DNA from: Trichoplax sp. H2
Taxonomy: Eukaryota
Direction of reading: 5' to 3'
NCBI GenBank assembly: GCA_003344405.1
Contig: NOWV01000001.1
Coordinates: 1,054,001-1,118,000 of the forward strand
Length of the DNA stretch: 64,000 nucleotides
The notes below the pieces were generated by a model, which was not told the DNA's origin, made no database searches, and saw only the letters and a list, made by a program, of their open reading frames with translations. Position numbers and translations under genes: made by a program. Shown here piece by piece: positions 31,959-44,677 of the stretch (within the stretch, counting starts at the first letter, position 1; every line of letters begins with the position of its first letter).

Positions 31959-34900
31959 TTATAAAGTGATAGCAACAGCTTCTGTAGGGCTTAACAAGAC
32001 AGACAATGGAACACCTATGAAATAAAAGGAAAGTTGCTCATATTTCATCTAATGATGTTAGCTTACACAAATTTTTATTGTCCAAGCAAAAGTTGACAAT
32101 AGCTATATAAATACCTGTAAAAACTGTGGAATTTGTAAGGATTCGAACTGAAGAGAACGGATTTAATGGTGAATGACAGCGCTTTAGTAAAGTTTTTAAT
32201 AGTGTAGATGCAGGATCCCATCTAAATAAGCCAAAATAAATAATAATTGATCCCACTGCGACAAAATCGAAACAGTAAAAAATTCAAATTCATTCTAAAA
32301 ACTACTTTTGTGATTGATGTAATGCAGGAAATTCAATTGGTGAAACTTTTGGATCGCCGGTTAGCCAAATTTTGTTGGTTTTGAGGGACCAAGACAGAAC
32401 ACAATCGAGACGACAGCATGATTGCCAATTTCTAATAATTATAACATAATTAAAAGATAATTAAAAAGCCTGAAGTTGATATGGTAACGATATATTCGGT
32501 TCTAACTTTCGATGGTGTCGTTTAGGTGGTTGTGTCCCTTTAAACAATGCTACAATTAGAATTGTTAATTTCATAGTAAAAGGGCAGACCTATAGTATAT
32601 TGTGGAAATGAGGTTATTTTCAAGTAAAGGGAACTGGTGTAATTAACTCAAAAGCTTATTTGTTAAAATTGACTTGAGAATGACAGTTACGGCATATTAA
32701 ATTAGTATTACATCAATAATTTGCAGATCATAATCTGCAAGAGAAAGCTCCTTTTCTTGTAAGTAAGGTAATAATTCTGCGATAGCTCCAATACAACATT
32801 CAATATCTAGTGCCAGTTGATGAGTTATTAAAGCATCTAATAAATAAAGAAAAATGAAAAGAACTGGCAGTGGCAATATAAATCAAATATGATCTAAATA
32901 CAAATTTAAATAAAAATCATGAATATGTTTTAGTATTAATGCTACCTTTTTCCAGTAACTCTGAATCTTGTGGTTGCAAATACAGTCGTTGACGCTTAGT
33001 ATTGTAGATGTTGAGATCGAAATAATTCTCAACGTCAAAGGAGCTTGAAGCTAGCATTTGAAGGCAAGAGTTATAAATGCTCCAATGTAAATAAGCGAAG
33101 TGATCGATGTATTAAAGAAGTGAGCCATTTAATTGAAACTTTTACGATTAATACCTTAGATTTACGTACCTGATATTTCTAAATTGCTTTCATCAGGCAT
33201 GGCATAATACACTTGCCGAATGCGCCGAACAGCATTAGGAATTTCTAATAACGTCAGTTTGTGGAATCGATTGTTAACTGTTTTACTATCGCTATTTTGA
33301 ATACCATCACTTATACACTTGTTACTATTGCCATATTCAGTGGCACCATCTTCTATATTTGATTTGTCTCCCTTGTTATGCTGGTTATTATGGTCATTCA
33401 TAGTTAAATTCATTTTGACATCGTAATTACTATTTGGTTGATCCAGGTTATCATATATCCTGTTCGATCCAACAGGTGAAGAACTCCTGCCGAAGTTTTT
33501 ATAATTATGAGATGAGGCGGTCAATAGCTTAGCTTTTGGATATACTTCAAAAATAAGGCAGCGAACGCCATCTCCGCTGTTAAATATAACACAATTGTCT
33601 ATAACCATGTTTAGGGATGGTAAAAAAGGAGGATAGGGCGATAAGAGATTATAAGAGAAATGTATTTCATAATTGTGGTGTAGACATAATAAGTTTAGAT
33701 TCTGATGTCTATAAGTATCATCGTCCGAGCTGTCTAAATTACTTATAGTTCTGACACTGCTATCAAAATTTCGATTACACAACCGACATGGATGTAAAGG
33801 GGGAGTAGCAACTATTGTTATATAAGATCGGCAACAATCATCGGAAGAACTTGATGATGATAACATTCTATAAATATTTAATAACACTATTATTAGTATT
33901 GTACGTTATGACGAGATTGCATTGAGTAAGTATACAGGTATCATGATAGATATATTCATACTACTTACTCTTGGCCAACGATAACAGTGTACTTGTCATT
34001 TATTGATTCACAAAGTATTATCTTCAATTGTTGTTGAATTTCTTCATCTCTGAATAATCGGATACTTTTATACTACAATACAAATATATAGATCCTAATT
34101 ATACGCAGTATGTAAGTACATTACATACTGTACAAGCTACATTTTATACATATATGTTATCGCTGTGTTAACAATTTATCTATGCATTGGATCAACTTTC
34201 GTCAAATGAAAATAGAAGTTGGAATAATAAATAGTATAGCACTTACAAACGAAATACAATTATTACCTACTTATATAATTGCTAGTATCCATCATTTGTA
34301 ATAATTAATTTAGAATAAAGAATAATTATCAGAATCATGTATTCATTGACAAACAAGGTGAAGATCCTGTATTAAGATCATTAACTTATCCTTTTTTTTG
34401 ATTGTAAACAAACCTTGGTTAAAGGTTGGTTCAAATTAAAATTCCACCAATATAGGGTATATTTATATACTGGAGCAAATCCAGTTGATTGATTAGTACT
34501 AATATTGCAGCTATAGGAAAGTAAACGCTGACCATCTTTGGTAAAGCCTAGGAATACGGAACTGCAAATGAACAAAAGTAATAAGATAAGTGCTGACGAA
34601 TCTAGCTACGATGCTATACGAGATCAGTTGAATGACAACATTGTAGAATACTCTATTCAATTATAACGACAGGCATGTAACAAATCATTAACTAGCAATA
34701 TCTTTATCCTATACTGACATGGGTTATAGGGTATAGGTGTCTTATGTCAGTTATTCTTTGTAGCCATAGAACGTATGTATGACACCTCTTACGTATAAAT
34801 AGGATAGATCTTATCATATCCCACTACGCTTATGCAGTATGATTTATTTTGTTGGATATCGTTGTTGTTAGATGGATGAACAGGTGGCCGTATAGGATGG

Positions 34901-35392
34901 TTTTAACGATATAGGTAACACTCATGATACAGTTAACAATATCGACCTTCTAGCTGCGTGGATATCATCGCCAAAAAGGGATCTTAATGGAAGACACAAA
35001 CGGTTGGGATACTTGATCCAAAAGCTGGTTGTTCTGCTATAACGGCAATTCAATCCAAGGTACGATTGTTGAATCTATCCAACCGGATAAGTAAGCGTAA
35101 TTTAAGATACAGTATCAACATTTATGGCAAGAGCAATTATAACAGTATAAAGGTACAATACATAACACTTCACTTTGTAAGGCTGTAAGATGAATATTCA
35201 AAGGGTACAAATAACAAGAAGGGCAAGTAGAGTAGTTCAGTTCAAAAAAAAATAAAGCCGGAGTACCAGTAAAGATGGGCAAAAGTAGATTATTCTAGCC
35301 TGTTATGCTACTATCTACGTCAATCATACCTCTCGTGCACGTAACTTGATAGCAATATTATTACAATCACGGCGTTTTATTTTGGCTGCCAT
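31959..35392 (-). CDS. DCAF15: DDB1- and CUL4-associated factor 15-like; multi-exon
   Basis: YPNRLCLPLRSL...SVFLGFTKDGQRLLSYS...YKYTLYWWNFNLNQPL...IRLFRDEEI matches the recalled DCAF15 N-terminus. Also contains CYITIVATPP and C-terminal SVRILTNSTVFTG. ATG at 35392 is inferred; TAA at 31959-31961. Confidence 0.82.
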
Positions 35393-37861
35393 ACTTGTTT
35401 TTTTTCATCAACTAACTTGGCTTCGGCTTTGCGTGTTAGCAATCTCTTATTTCAATTAATAGCCATCAACTTATATATCAAGTTACTCACCACAGTGTCC
35501 TTTCCATCCTTCACCGGCTTCTCCTAACATGGGACACTTTACTGCATTAACGTCACTGTGACCATTCGTATTTAGTCACTAAGCAATAAACTAACGGTTT
35601 CTTTTGCTAGATAGATGCGATACTGGAAAGTACAGTAGAATAAATACAACTCTTAGCTTGGATATTTGATCAAATAGGCTATTAAACTGCTAAAGTTATG
35701 ATTGGATGGACTTAGTTTGAGTTCTTTCAATCTAGCTCAATCATAGCAGTACACTACTGTATTTGTCCAAGTATGCTTTGATCCATTCCTGGAAGCGGGG
35801 ACTACTACGTTTTTTGTAGCATGCCATAGTCTATAGTAACATATATCCTGGTCTGTCAAGAATCGGTACAGCAGAGTATTGAACAGTGGGTCATTTATTC
35901 GCTGTACTACGTACTTACCCGGCAGTGGTATACGTCATAATATTAATGTCCGCGTCTGTCCGTCTCTAACGCCTGTCCGCGTTTCTGACGTCTGTCCTCC
36001 AGTCAATTCATTGATGCCTTGAAATTCATTAATCAATTATATACTGTATATTAAATAATTATATATATATATATGTTATATATTATACGCGTATATAAAT
36101 AAATAAATAATAATATTAAAGATGTATTCTGGTCAAAACCTTCAAATCCTGACCTAACAAGATACCTATCGATGAACTATAAAATTTTCTATTTTAGCAG
36201 CTTTTTGTCGATGGGATGTTTCTCGTTATAATATTCATTGCAGCAAACTACTGAGCTGCGAACGCTGACGTACCACCAGAAGGAGAATCTGACGTTCTCT
36301 TTCTGAACTCATCCCCGATCGTATAAACGCATCTTTATAATTCACCTTCCTTCTAGGTTTACAGTAATTTACTGTCACGATTCACTGATTTAGGGTTAGG
36401 ATTGCGCATTAACAGGATATCATTTTTCATGCAAACTAAAAGCAAAGGTTCATAGAGGTCTATTGGTGCGATTACGGTTCATTCTAAAGTATAAAAATAA
36501 ATTTATACAATTTAGGTAAGCGAAGAAATGAAATTATTATAGCTATTTTCGCTGCATTATGTAATTCATTCCAGAATATGTGCACTTTCATGACTACCTT
36601 GCATGACCCATTTACGGAAGAAACTAAGTCGTAAATAACTTGTATAGATGATAATAATATGCAATTATAATTATAAACCACCCATATTTCTACTAGAAAA
36701 TATATCATTAAATTAACTTTGCCTTTAAAAATCTTGTTGCACTATTATTTATTCATGTTATTAACGTCTTAAGATGCGGTGTTGTAGTAGCCCTAGTGTG
36801 TAAAGAATAAGTAAGAATTGATTGAAAAGGATCAAATCATGAATAGTTGCTAAATTTTCTACTTTATAACGGGTTGACATTTATAAATTAGGAATTACTA
36901 GGCGTGTGTATGTCACAGATTTATCTCACGCGTATGTTTTAAAGAACGTTAGTAATCTGTATTCTAGAAAAGCGTTACAAGACAGCTTTAACGTTATGTT
37001 GTTGCATCATATGTCTTTAATTGCATCTTCAAGAGTCCTATTATAAAATTATCGTCTAGTTCTCTATTTTGCTATCTTATGTGATAAATGTAATGTAACA
37101 AAATCTATTATGCTTATGGCTTATAAGTTAGATTGTGAGATTGTGCGTATATGTGGTAAATCTATATCAGCAGTAGCACTTATTATTTCGAGTTAAAAGT
37201 TAGCCCTTGGTAGCAGAATACGAGCGTACATACATGCAAACGATGTAATAAAGTAAAAAAGAAAAGCAAAGTTCTTGGTATAATTGTTAAGATAACTTAT
37301 CACGAACTCTACGAAGTGATTGCATTCGTATACTTAAAGCATAGATAGTAAATATTAAATAAAAGGAATCAAGAAATTTGATGGCTTACGGCTAATTTAT
37401 TCAGCTAAAATTCTCGACATGGCTCAGAAACGCTATTACAGTAAATTGTCATCTAATTCTCCTTTATTACACAGACAAGTCTAATTACACTGAATTGTAC
37501 CGTATTCATATTTGTGAATGATCATAAAAGGATCAAGAAACTACCACCTAGGAATAATTCTAATTGCCTACTGAAATCAGTTACTGCCCAAATTTATTTC
37601 ATATATCTGCAAAGCATTACTAGTGACATTATTTATGGCAGCCAGGCGAATATGGCATACAACGTACTTACAACGCCCATGATATAAGCCGTCTCCTTCC
37701 TTCCTTACTGTCCATAGTAGGGGCTACTTTAGTGTTGAGTTATCAACGGCAAAACATACATAGTAGCCTAATTCTTTATGAGAATCAAGAAGAACCTTTT
37801 CTTCTTTCCCTTACTTGTATCTTATTGGTAACAAATCGTTCTAAATTTGCCTTCTCACATC

Positions 37862-40800
37862 ATGGGCACTAATGTTAAATCTACTTATCATGAATTAATG
37901 GATGAAGCTGCTAGTCATGGTTACGATATTGCTAGTCTTGAATTTGCCCAATATCTGGACAGTCAAGATGAATTCAAGGAATATCGAGAGTTATTTTATG
38001 TTCCACGAAAGAAAACTTTGCCTCAAAGTAAGTCTGAGTAAGCCTGGAAATCAATGAAATTTGCTGTAATCACACTGCTGTATGGTACCTATTTTACTGC
38101 TGATTTTATGCTCATGAATCTGTAACGAATGCTGCATTATCGACTAGCTGTCTATACCCTTTCACAATAAATGGGAAGCTACTTCTTTTTGAATTATGGT
38201 CACTAAACCTATGTACAGTAGATGATATAATAGAATACGTAATTACATCAGCAGGCTACGTAGGGTAAAATTTAACTGCTGAATACAATTAGCCTTTTCG
38301 TAGCACGATGAACAATAACAATAAAAAAATTAGCAAGACTAAAGTCAAATTTACTATCCACAATGTGCAAAAATTTTATTTTTATCATTACGGTACGATC
38401 ACTTGAGCAAGAGTACATATCACAGCCTTACTTATTACTCCAAAGCCTCTTTGTATACAACATTTTTAGCTTCGGTATGTAGACAGAGTGTTCACACGCA
38501 GCAAAACTTGTCGCTGATTTTCCATAAGTAATGATGTGGTGGAGGTGTCAGTATTAACTACACTTACTTACTAAATGCATAGTAGTATTATTCTACAGTG
38601 GTATGACTGTCCAATGTCAAGAGATTGATGCAATTACTGTATTATTTTAGAGCAGGGCAACCCACGAAGTGTGGCTGATCGTTGAATATTTGATAAATAC
38701 AGCGCTACTTGTAATGATAATACAGCTACAGTGGTAGTTAGCAGTAATGGAAACGAAATAACCAGGCAACGTACAATTAAAGCAGCACTTTTTTAGTTTG
38801 ATACAGCAGATTAAAGGTGATCACTCATATATTTGAATTGATATACAATAGTTGAATTTCATCATTAGCTCATGCGGATATAGTCATCAATATGCAAAAG
38901 GCTGCATTATTGTGCTCCTGCATAAAGTACTTGTATATGAGTAGGTCATGTCTATGCTATAATAAAGACTTGACATTGCAACGTAATAAATATTCTTTCT
39001 TCTTGAATTGTAGCTGATTTATCCCTAGTCGATGGTGAGAGTGAGAGTGTCTATCTTCTTGGTAATTCTCTCGGCTTGCAGCCTAAGCAATCTCGACAAG
39101 ATTTAATGGAATATATGGACAAATGGGCTGAAATGTTAGTTTTTATTTATAAATACAATTTGCCATGATTCATGGTTATAAAGACTTATCCTCACTAATT
39201 TACGTATTCTTAATATATACGCATATTCCTACTATTGCATAATATCAAAAGTACTGTACAAATAAAAACATTTATTTATTATCGAAAATGATGGCATTTT
39301 ATGATGGATATGTTACGGGTAGTATTGATAATCATTATTCAAAAATATTTCACTTCTAATGAAATGATATGGATGTAATAGGGGCTTCAAGGGATATTTC
39401 CATGGAAAGCATCGGTGGATAGACCTACAGGATACAGTAGCAAAGGATATGCTATGTCCTATTGTTGGTTGGTTTAAAGATACTCCTAATATTAAATGTC
39501 CTCTTTTTTTATGGCCAAGTCACTGAATGCCATATTGTAATACTGTATAACCAAGATATCTTGAATATCTGTCATCTTTTAACTATTGCATAGTAGTTGA
39601 CTCTTTATGCAAGACTGTATATTTGCTCTAATACGTTACTGCCGCCATTTAACCTAATTTTCAGTCCCTAAGAATCATTACGGTCACGATCCTTTAGTAG
39701 TATAATGTCATACAATTGATCATTTGTAAAGGAAAATTGGTTAATTTTTAATGCCGTTGTATAAACAGTTATGCTCAATAGTAATTATAATTAGTTAGTG
39801 GTTTTAGTACTGGTAGATCATTAATTAAGATCTTCAAGGTTAATCGTAAATTCTAATCGTTAGATCCTATGATGGGTAAACGTGTATGAATGCAGTATAT
39901 TGTCTATTTGTTCGCAATGGTTATGCGTTACCAGTCTACCAGCTTGAATGTAGACACTAAAAAATTTGGTTATTGATTTGATATAGGAGCAAAGCCAATT
40001 GAAATCTGTATAATGAATTCAGTTTCCGTTAACATTCACCTATTAATGGTATGCTAACTAATATCCATCTAAATAGGATCAGTACTGTTAATAACTCCTT
40101 TGAAATAATGGTAATAATGACTATGTAACCATCTTTGTTAAATTCAACCACTTAGATATCATTTTATCAACCTACTACCGAAAGATACAAGATTCTTATT
40201 GACCACGGAGCATTTCCTTCTGACCATGTACTACATTTACAAGCGTATATAACACTAGATCACAATAAATTATAGATATTAAATAATGCTCGAAAAATTA
40301 CTTGTCTCTCTGCATTATAGTTAATGATCAATTACCTTATTAAAGTATTTTTAATCGAAATAATCATATTGAATAACAGATAATTTTAGAAAAAGCTTAC
40401 TAATCTACTATTATATGATTATTATTTTAAACCGTTCTTAGTATGCAGTCCAATCACAAATACGAATGCATGATTACGATTCAGATGAGGCAATGATACT
40501 AGTTAAAGCGCGAGATGGAGAAAATACTCTAAGAACAGAAGATATTATAGCAAAAATCAACGAATTTGGCGATGCTATTGCTATGATTTTATTACCTGGT
40601 AGGTATTTCTCTTTATTAAAATTTATTAAAAAATATGTTATTGCGACTTTAAGACGATAATACTGCTTAATATTTATAACTTCTCTTTAAAGTATGCGAA
40701 TGCCTTTTAATATAGATAAATTGCTTAATCTATATACTGTAGGCGTACAATCTTTCACTGGCCAGTTGTTTAACATCAAAGAAATTACTAAGGCAGCGCA

Positions 40801-42207
40801 TGACAAGGTAAAAAATTAGGTGGAAAAACGAACACATTAATGGCAACTGAAATCGTAGTTAAGAATGATTATTATTCAGCTACCTATGTGAAAATAGCTT
40901 AAATATTGAAAGCATTATACGGAACTTTGTGATTGAATTCATTTAAAGGGATGCTATGTAGGTTGGGATTTATGCCATGCAGCTGGTGGTGTTGAATTAA
41001 AATTACATGAATGGGATGTTGATTTCGCAGTTTGGTGTACATATAAGGTAAGATAACGCTTATTTAGGCACGATAACTGAAACTATTTCCTGACAATCTT
41101 AAATTTCATAAAAACTAAAAGTGTTGTTGATAATATAATTGTATTCGCTGCAATTTCAAGTTTAATAAAACTAAAAATGTTCTTATCGATAAAGAATTTA
41201 TGAACTAATATTAAAAGTTGCAGTGTATCCTAATTCCATTTTTTTTATACACAATGTAGCTTCTTAACACCGGTCCAGGATCGATCGGAGCATGCTTTGT
41301 CCATGAAAAATATGCATATCGAAAAGACTTTAAAAGGTTGTCAGTAAATTATTTCAATTTATGAGTCGTTCATTTATCAATAATTTTGACTTTAACGCAT
41401 TTGAACATTTAAAAGGCTTGACGGCTGGTTCGGTCATCGTTTAGAAACTAGACTTAATATGACAAATGGTAATAATAGTTGAATTTGAGATAAGGTGATA
41501 GTTAAAACATTGTTGAAAAGATTAAATTTAGTGTATATTTACTAGTTATGGAGCACGCTCCTGGTGCCTCAGGCTTTCAGCTAGCTACTACTCCTGTTGC
41601 GGATGTCGTTAGGCTCATTAGTAGTTTAGATGTAAGTTTACTTATTAACTTTATCTGTAATTACTGTTCGTTCGTGACACGTTCTTTAAGCATTGTAGAG
41701 TGGTGATTGTTAAATTTTGATTTCTAACAATAGATCTATTCTAGAGTATCTTTACCAAAGCTATTTGAAAAAGCTCGTAAAGGTGTAGTATATATGGAAG
41801 CGCTTTATCGGCACTACTTTATGAATAATGATACATCGGCTGATTGTAAGAAAGTAGAAAGTGTTGCGGAGATTATTTCACCTAGTGATCCTTGTGAGAG
41901 GGGCACTCTCTTTGCATTCAGATTTCCGGGTCGTGTTGATTTCGTTTGTGACGGACTAGCTAAAAACGGAATTGCAGTAAGATAATTTGTCATAGAGTTA
42001 ATTATTAATTTAAATTAAAATTATTTTATTGTGCGATTAGCGATCATTATAAAATCTGCTATGAATGTTATATAATTTTAGGTAACTGTCCTAAAGAGCG
42101 AAATTATTAGAGCTGGTTTTGCTCCACTATATAATTCATTCCAGGATGTACACACCTTCATAACTACTTTGCATAATCTTTTTACTCAAGAAGAGAATCG
42201 TAAATAA
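37862..42207 (+). CDS. KYNU: Kynureninase paralog A (PLP-dependent), divergent active site; multi-exon
   Basis: [70 protein letters not shown] (PLP lysine), [20 protein letters not shown]. Exons join in frame with GT-AG introns; TAA at 42205-42207. Confidence 0.93.
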
Positions 42208-42889
42208 CGAGTCTTTCCATCTACTTGAAATAGAATCAGCGGATAGTCTTTGTATAGAACTTATATGCACGTACGAAAAACTAGCATTTGCAACCGTAAC
42301 GTACGAGCGAAGATGCATACATTTATATTTTATAACTCAAGCTTGGTTTGACCGACATTACTTAATGCTTAATTAATTATAAAGCACTTCAGCTAGAAGG
42401 TATAAAATTGAATGAACCAGAGCAAAGCAATTAAATGTCTTTCTAGGTTACTTTTCATGTTAATTAAAAAAAGTTGTGGAGTCTGAAACCAAACGTGGAT
42501 CAAGATTCTAAATTAATTAATTTCATAGTATTGTTTAGGAATAGATAAAATTTTTCTACTTATGATATTATTTTATAATACTTATTTAACAAGAAATAAC
42601 AAAGTGTATTCTATGAACTTTAGTATATTCTTTATTAAATTATATTATCAGCAGGATGCTGATAATAATATGGCAAATCGGTTATTGATAAATTTCAAAG
42701 TTGAGTAGTATGCAATTTATTATTCAGTATAGTAATTTGACTGACAGGAAATGTTGTTACGGCCCCAGGATACGCGTATGGCAGTGCTTTATTTTGTATG
42801 ACGAAAATATCGATTTCAATAACAGACGTGTCTATTTGAAAGATGAAAATCATATCCTTGAAAGTGTTCATTTTCCACTACATACTCAC

Positions 42890-42909
42890 NNNNNNNNNNN
42901 NNNNNNNNN
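42890..42909. other. Assembly gap (20 N)
   Basis: Run of N characters. Confidence 1.
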
Positions 42910-43049
42910 AAATTGAATGAACCAGAGCAAAGCAATTAAATGTCTTTCTAGGTTACTTTTCATGTTAATTAAAAAAAGTTGTGGAGTCTGAAACCAAACG
43001 TGGATCAAGATTCTAAATTAATTAATTTCATAGTATTGTTTAGGAATAG

Positions 43050-43595
43050 ATAAAATTTTTCTACTTATGATATTATTTTATAATACTTATTTTAACAAGA
43101 AATAACAAAGATATTATGTCATTTTTTGACATTTTTATAGTAAGAGTATAGCATGTCATCCATATCGTTTTATAGTAAGGGTATTGCATGCCGTTCATAT
43201 CGTACGGTATATAATAAAATTTTTTTCTCCTTATGATATTATTTTATGATACTTATTTTAAAAGAAATAACAGAAAAATACTAGGTCTTTTTCTGACATT
43301 TTTATAGTAAGGGTATAGTATGCCATTCATATCGTTCGGTATGTAATAAAATTTTTCTATTTATGATATTACTTTATAACACTTATTTAACAAAAAGTAA
43401 CAAAGATATTAGGTCATTTTTTATAGTAAGGGTAAGCATGCCATTCATATCGTTCGGTATATAATAAAATTTTTCTACTTGTGATATTATTTTATGATGC
43501 TTATTTAATTAGAAATAACAGAAAGATATTAGGTCATTTTTTGACGTTTTTATATTAAGGGTATTGCATGCCATTCATATCGTTCGGTATATAAC
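43050..43595. repeat. AT-rich tandem repeat, about 4 units of ~120-165 bp
   Basis: Unit ATAAAATTTTT(T)CT...TGATATTA...AATAACA(G)AAAGATATTA...TTTTATAGTAAGGGTA...CATGCCATTCATATCGTTCGGTAT starts near 43050, 43215, 43346 and 43465. Confidence 0.9.
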
Positions 43596-44677
43596 ATTAA
43601 CTAGAGACTTGCTATTTGAAAGTTACGTATGGTTCCTATACAATTACTTACATTTAATACTGTACACGTGTACATATGGGAGTTTACATAAGAGATTTAG
43701 TAACTATGCAGCGCAGTACTGCACAGTATGTTGTAATCAATTTTTGTTTCATGTATATGTTATATATATACTGTATAACATGTGTCATATAAACTGTAAA
43801 CACGGCTTCTAAAGCTCTTAGAAATTCTCTACCTTACCGTACTAACGTGCTGTGACTACGACGGTTTTAGCTGAGAGGGCGTTTTCGTGAAACACCACCC
43901 ATTAAGAAGGTGGTGGTAATAGTAGCCATCACGTATAAAGGAGTCATCCGGTAAAAATCAATACATTAAAAGGGAAGTGGGTTTTCATTTTACTGTAAAG
44001 ACATGGCCTATTCTATGAACTTTAGTATATTCTTTATTAAATTATATTATCAGCAGGATGCTGATAATAATATGGCAAATCGGTTATTGATAAATTTCAA
44101 AGTTGAGTAGTATGCAATTTATTATTCAGTATAGTAATTTGACGGACAGGAAATGTTGGTACGGCCCCAGGATACGCGTATGGCAGTGCTTCATTTTGTA
44201 TGACGAAAATGTCGATTTCAATAACAGACGTGTCTATTTGAAAGATGAAAATCATATCCTTGAAAGTGTTCATTTTCCACTACATACTCACATATAAAGT
44301 ATCATTTAAAAGAATTTACCTAGCTGAGGATTTACATGATTTATTCCATTCTGAACGATTTAATATGCCATTGTGCACGCAATAGTACTGTAGGCGGTGA
44401 GTAGGCTGATGTTGATCACTTGGGACACATGTTCCATGCCATTGGACAACGCCCACGGCGAAGGTCGTGTCCTTCCTTCCATGCTGCCGACTTTCTAGTG
44501 AATCGTACGAAAGTGTACAGTGTACAGTGTACAATGTAGACTATAAACTACAGTACTATCTACAGGCTAAACTGATGCAATAGCCTGTCGTGTTTACCAG
44601 CCTCTTGGCCTTGCCATTTTTTTGTGCCTTGCTTTACTTCTTCTTGTTGGTATCCAACTAGCTTACCTTCTGCCATC

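Larger units (their letters stand above)
42405..44291. repeat. Near-identical duplicated blocks on both sides of the gap
   Basis: Block A at 42405-42604 recurs at 42910-43110. Block B at 42607-42889 recurs at 44009-44291 (283 bp, about 4 substitutions seen). Confidence 0.95.

Noticed and set aside
36120-36330. Possible small coding exon between DCAF15 and KYNU-A
   Set aside because: All frames are short and give no recognisable protein.
42701-44297. Two near-identical short ORFs (42701-42916 and 44103-44297)
   Set aside because: They result from the duplicated block B around the gap, start at TTG and have no recognisable domain.
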